A stretch of 64,000 bases of DNA from Monocercomonoides exilis PA203 (Eukaryota; Protista; Preaxostyla). Shown here piece by piece: positions 58,335-64,000 of this stretch. How positions within the stretch are numbered: position 1 is the stretch's first letter; every line of letters begins with the position of its first letter. The position numbers and the translations under genes were made by a program. The stretch covers positions 620,001-684,000 of the forward strand of contig LSRY02000032.1 of the NCBI GenBank assembly GCA_001643675.2. The letters run 5' to 3'. The notes beneath the pieces were generated by a model that saw only the letters and a list, made by a program, of their open reading frames with translations, did no database searches and was not told where the DNA came from.

Positions 58335-61300
58335 TTAATTTAATTTCATTTTTGTTGGTAAATTATCAATCTCAAAAAAAAGTGGGACAGCTTTAAAAAA
58401 AAGTATCAAAATCTTAGGTGATTTTCGTATTAAAACATTAACCAAAATTTGAATAATTGCCAAGATAAACAACACAAATTGTAAAGAGAATAAACTATTA
58501 AACACGCATTGAAAGAAAGATTTGAAAATTATCTTCACTCAAAAAAGGTTTGAAAAACAATTGACAAAAAATTATAAAAATCTGTTTTTCTCTTTCCATT
58601 TAAACATTTGTTGATGTTTAAAAACAAAAAACGAACAAGAATTGAAAAAAAGAAAAGAAAAAGAAAAAGAAAAAGCTATCTATTTATAAACCATTCCATT
58701 ATCGGAAGAAAAACAATTATAAACGCAACAACCAACGTTTTCTTGATTCTGTCGCCAACCTTTCTTCTTTTTCTGTCAATTTTCCGCTGCCTTTCAACTT
58801 CTTCTTCCAGTTTTTTCTGATATTCCTCGTTTTTGCGAATTTGTTTCTCTCTCTTCTCTGCCTCTCTTGCGTTTTCTCTATCGTCCAAATCACTCAGCTT
58901 CTGGAAAATTGCTTTTATTGCTTCGTTTTGCTGCTCCACAACCGCCAGCAAATCGCCAAGCTGACTCTGCAATGCCTCAGTTCTTTCATTAATGTCAGCT
59001 AATTCATTATGCACTGCATTGTTATTACTGTTAATCAGTTTTATTTGGTTGGAATAAGAAGAAAGCAAGTTCTGTGTGGTTTCTGTGAGAGAGATGACGA
59101 TGTGGGACATGTTCTTCTGGGCAGTGCGAAGGGACTTCACTCGCTTGTTGAGAAGGGAAAAAACAGAAGATGTTGATTTAGGTGAAGCAGAAGAGGAAGA
59201 AGACATTTGCGAAACCGAAGACACGTTTGCATTTTGTGATTGAGCAGCACCAAAATTTGCTCCTTGTGAATCTCCGAACGATATTTGTGTCTGAGTCTGT
59301 TGGAAAGGTGCTGAAGTGCCTGTGTGTTGCCAGTCCACATCGAAGCCAGAGACTTCATCGAGTGACTTCAGCACAGAATCTAAGTTGTGTGTGAGGATGG
59401 ACTGGGAAAGGAGAAACGCCTGCTGCTGGGTGAGTGGGCGCGGGATGTGCTCGAAGGGGGCTGAGACTGAAGAGGTGCTTGTGCTATTGGATGTGTTGGA
59501 TGTGTTGGAGAGAGGAGGAGGAGGAGGAGGAGAAGGAGGAGGAGAAGGAGAAGGAGGAGTAGGAGAAAGAGGTGAATGTGATGTGATGTTGGATTCGGGG
59601 AAAGAGTTGGGAAAAGATTCAGGAGAAGGAGATCGAACAAATGTTGATGTGGTATTCAATGTTAAAGAAGAGTTATTGGATATGCTTGTCAAAGAGGAAG
59701 CTGATGTGTTTGGTTGAATAAGCGATGGATTAGGTTCATTTACTGTCTGCATGACATTGACTGTTTTGTTGGATTGATCTAAAATGGGTGAAGTATTGTT
59801 ATTCTCGTTGGTTGGAGTCAAAGACGATGAAGAAAGAGAGCTTGCTACATATTTATCGTTGGAATCAGTGAAATCAATTGTTGAAGAGGAGGAGGAGGAG
59901 GAAGAAGAAGTTGGAGAATCTGCAGGAAGCCGTGATGATTGGATTTCCAGAGAAGATTGTTGTGTGTGAATTGAATAATCTTGTTTAGAAGATTGATTAT
60001 CATTTATTTTTTTGGTGGGGTTCTGGTTTGATTCAGGTGAATCTTTGAAAAGGGGTTTTTGATTTGTGTTAGTCTCGTTGAAAGATGATTGAGGTGTTTG
60101 CATAGATGAAGGAGGTGAAGGAGGTGAAGGAGGTGAAGTGGATGAAGAATTATCTGTGAAAGCAGAATTTGTGTCAGGTAATGGAGATGGCGAAGAAGAA
60201 GAAGAAGAAGCAGAGGAGGAAGATGAGGAAGGAGAACCAACAGAAGAAGAAGGCGAGCTGTCAAAATTGATTTTTACAGATGGATTTATTTCTGGATTGA
60301 ATTTCTCGTCCTTTTGAGGTGTCAATAGAAAAGTTGCATCATTTCTGCTAATTTCACCGTTCTGGTTAGATGCAGCAGCATTCAATGAAAAAGCTTCTGT
60401 TGATGATTTTTCACTAATATCCAAATTATTCTCAATTTGAACAGATTCATTTTTAGGTGCATCGAATGCTTGACTTGCTGAAGAATCTTTGGATGCGTCA
60501 TTAACCTGCTGATTTATCAGTGTGGCTGCTGGTGAATCCATAGATGGTGATGGCGAATCATTCGAAGATGACTTGTCTGGCATTAATTTGTTTTCAGTTA
60601 TTTCTTCTTTTGATTTTTCGCATTCTGTATTGTTAGCGTTGTTAGACGATAAGCCATCAACTGCTGAATTGTCAGATTGAACAAGAACTCTTCTTGATCC
60701 TTCTTCACTTTCTATTTGAACATGCTGATCAACACTTTGTGATTGAATGTGAGGTTCTTCAGTTTGCAGCATTTTTTCTGGCATTGAGCGTTTGTTCGTT
60801 TCGCTCTTGTTTTCATCAGAGATGTTATTAAATGGAGATGCAACATCATTTAAATTATTAGCAGAATTATCGTTTGAGGCAGAAGGCATTACAGAAGGTG
60901 CTGAAGATTCTGCTGTTGATGATGAATTTAAAGGCGAAGAATTCGAAGATGACAAGAAATCATTTTTGGCTGCATTCAAATTGTTGTTAGTATTTGAGCT
61001 ATTTGATTCAACAGACTGGGAAATACTTAATTTTTCAGTAATAATTGTCTTTGAAATATCATCGTCTTTTTTTTCTGCAGATGATGTTGGTGTGTTTACA
61101 GCCGTTTTTTCATTCTTTCCAGGAAATTCACTTTTCGATGGATCAACAGCACTACCAGTTGAAGCATCACTTTCTGCTGATAAATGATTCGAGTCCATTG
61201 GTGAATTTGTGTTTGTATGTTCTTTTTGAAGCATTATTTGAGCTTCATCAACATCACCTTTATTTCCGTCTTGTGTCTCTTTATGTTCTGGTTCTTTCAT

Positions 61301-63046
61301 TGAATCACCCTCATTCTTTGCAAAGATGTTGCCTTTTGAATCTAGTGTTGATGAAGCATTCAAAGAAGAATTTTCATTTTGATTATTAACAATTTCAGTC
61401 GCTCCATTTGCATCAACTTTATTATTCTGAGCAATTTGTCTGGCTGTTTCGTTTTCTTCGTTTTCTTCTTTAGGCAAAGTACCTTCAGATTGTGCAATAT
61501 TAGTAAAGTCAGGATTTTCCCCATTGACTTCATGCTCTGATGCATTCTGCTGCAATGCTTCGTTTGAAGCAACGTCGTTCTGTGTATTTTTCTCTGCCTC
61601 GTTCGTTTTGACTTCACTTTCAGTTGATAAATCATCTTTCAATTTATTTTCATTAACAGCATTGTTTGTAGAGCTTTGCTGCAAGTTGCTAGACGCCTTA
61701 TCACAAAACAGCTTTTCTGCTTCCCTTTCATTTTGCGTATTTGTTTCATTGAATAAAGAAATATTTGACTCTTCTGATTGAGTTCCTTCAGTGCTGGCAT
61801 CTTGATGGACTTCAGAAACATCACTCTCAGGTTTCTGGGCATTGCTTGCCTGAACATTCATTTCAGTCTCCGTCAATTTGCTTTCGTCACTTTTCGTAAA
61901 TTGCAATATTTCTTGTTCTTGTGCTTTGTCGTCTGAGATGCTCGACAAAGTTATGTTTCTTGCAAATTCTATTTCGTCTTCTGTTTGTTCGCTGGCTTCT
62001 CTTTCCTTTTGGTGAATGATTTGTTCTTCAAGTTCTCTTTCTTTCTTTCTTTTCTCTTGCTCTTTTTCACTCACCATCAATTCATCATTATTGTCAAACG
62101 TTTTATCAGACGATAAAATTTCCATTTCGCTACTCGAACTGTGGAGCTGTGCATTGATATATTGCTTATCATCGTCAAGACACACACCATCCTCCCTGAA
62201 TTCTTGCGTTCCATAAGAGTTAGAATTACTGTTAGTGGGTTCTGTTTCTTGTTCTGTCTGAGAATTGGATTTTATATTGAAAATTATATCGTTCTTTTCG
62301 ATTGCCGTCTGAAAATGTTTTGAATTTTCTCTTTCATCTTTTTCTTCTTCTTCTTCTTCCAAAATTGTTTCATCCTTAAAGACATCAAGTTGAGATTTCC
62401 CAAAGATCTTGACCGATGTGATGGCTGCATATTTATGCTCTCCATATAAAGATAGCACATCAATTCGTACTATTGTTGCCCATTTTGGCTCTTGAATATT
62501 AATTACCTGTGGAGATCTTGTATATTTCAGTGAAGAATTTATTAATTCGATCCAATTTTGTGTTGGATAATCTTTGGCACCAAAAATTCGAATTTGTGAC
62601 GGAATTGTTGCAAAATACTCGCAACATTCGATTATTATTGTGTCAATCAGAACTTCGTCACTGAAAAGAAACGACGGCTTATTTTTATTCAAATTTAAAT
62701 AACTTTGCAGCAAACCTCAACTCAATAACGACAAAAAAAGGTTGATTCCCACGTGAAAGAAGATATTTATCTTTATCTTCTTTTAATATTGAAGCTGCAT
62801 GCTGAACATTTTTAGATGAATCCAATATTCTTCCGCCTGTCGCCGAAGAAGCATAATCAAAATGAGTCTTAAGCTTTTGAGCAATTTTTCCAGATTGCTT
62901 CAAGTTTGTTTCGTTTTGTTGCGGAGCTGGAAAAAAGTTATTGAAATTTTCAAATAGAAAAGCGACATACATTTTCGGATTTCTCTGATTACAAAAAATC
63001 CAAAAATAAAGAATGAAAATAAAAGCAATGATGATTTCTTTTTCAT
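58335..63046 (-). CDS. Mid-SUN-domain membrane protein (SLP1/SUCO type); 3' end uncertain
   Basis: ATG 63046 starts a hydrophobic N-terminus. SUN domain FDYASSATGGRIL..ASILKEDKDKYLL..FVVIELSDEVLIDTIII..EYFA..RIFG..YPTQNW..YGEHKYAAITSVKIFGK. A long disordered linker, a coiled coil (SVFSLLNKRVKSL) and C-terminal hydrophobic segments follow. Confidence 0.85.
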
Positions 63047-63518
63047 TCACGATTTTTCATCATTAAATGATAATCAAAATAATATAACGGGAAAGTGAAA
63101 TGATGAACAAAACAAAATTTTCAAATTGATAAATAGTTAAAATTTTAGAGAAACGAAAAGTTAATAAAAGTCAAACAAAATTATTAATTTGATGATGGAA
63201 AATCATAAAAATATCTTCTTTTTTATAAAAAATGAAACAAAACGTTTAATTATTTAACGATAATTGATTCGTTATATTGATACTTTACTAATTAATAATC
63301 TTAAAATAAACGTTCTTGATAAATTTGATAATATTGCTTTTTCTTAAATTGAAATACAGCAAAATTTTGTGAATAATTAAGAAATAATTTTAGAAATCAC
63401 AAAAAATTGAAAAGTTATTAATATTCATAAATATAGAACAACGAAAGTTTTTCATTTAAACTCTTATAAATTACTCGATATTCACACTCAAAAATTAAAA
63501 GTTCTCATTCGTGTAAAC

Positions 63519-64000
63519 TCAACTTTGTTTCGTTTCTTCCTTTTCCAAATTCCTAAAACAATAATCAGTGTGAAAATAAAATTTCATGATAAAATAAATA
63601 AACCGCAAGTACACACTCTTTTCTGGTGCTGTCTTCCATCGGGGTTATTTTCGGTAGAAGTGTTTTTTGTAAATATTCTTCTTTTTCTTTGCATTTTTCT
63701 TGCAGTGCGCTGACTTTTGCAATCTGAGTGTCAACGAAATTGATTTTTGTTTGAGCATCTTTTCCTAGATATTTCATCACATATCTGTCATTATTGATGT
63801 AAAAAAATAGTTCGAACATAAAAGCTTTCAATTTATGAAAATATGCACACTCCTCGATAACAGGTTTTTCTGATCCGAAAAGTTTATGAACAACTACGAG
63901 GGCAATTCTCCCAGGTCTTATTAAAAAACACAAATCAGTAAATAATATTATCTTTAGCATTGGCTGAATTGTTTGTAAAAATTGTTCTTCTGACAACAGG
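63519..64000 (-). CDS. 3' end of a probable cyclin H-like protein (5'-truncated by window edge)
   Basis: ILFTDLCFLIRPGRIALV resembles the second cyclin-fold motif of cyclin H (LTDAYLLYTPSQIAL). Two short introns are predicted; stop at 63521-63519. Confidence 0.4.

Noticed and set aside
1-64000. tRNA, rRNA, snRNA, snoRNA, CRISPR arrays or an autonomous transposase
   Set aside because: None recognised by eye. tRNAscan-SE and Infernal would be needed to exclude divergent small RNAs.

Overview
This is gene-dense, AT-rich eukaryotic (protist) nuclear DNA using the standard genetic code. Most introns are short (about 45-70 nt) and coding regions are heavily padded with poly-Ser, Glu and Gln tracts. 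The style suggests an oxymonad such as Monocercomonoides; that is inference, not something the sequence proves. I reconstructed about 20 protein genes by hand-splicing. Named ones are CBP20, CSN6, a WD40 protein, a 3.6-kaa androglobin-like dead calpain, RPA49, a TPGS1-like protein, WDR41, TEX9, a bacterial-type phosphohexomutase with 9 introns, a PHO80-type cyclin, an RRM-like protein, RPB10, a mid-SUN protein and a partial cyclin H-like gene; several low-complexity unknowns remain. Two genes are absent from the ORF track because all their exons are short: RPB10, and a 5-exon CENP-M-like gene (10707-11444, minus) that keeps a near-intact P-loop. Non-coding highlights are a 2.56-kb WDR41 intron made almost entirely of a GAAA/GAAAA satellite, a 407-bp TA-flanked fold-back MITE inside a cluster of inverted repeats, two GC-AG introns, a 16-nt microexon, a strong +4U bias at splice donors, and a hairpin array just after a double stop codon. 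I recognised no tRNA, rRNA or CRISPR array. All family calls come from remembered motifs, not database searches.
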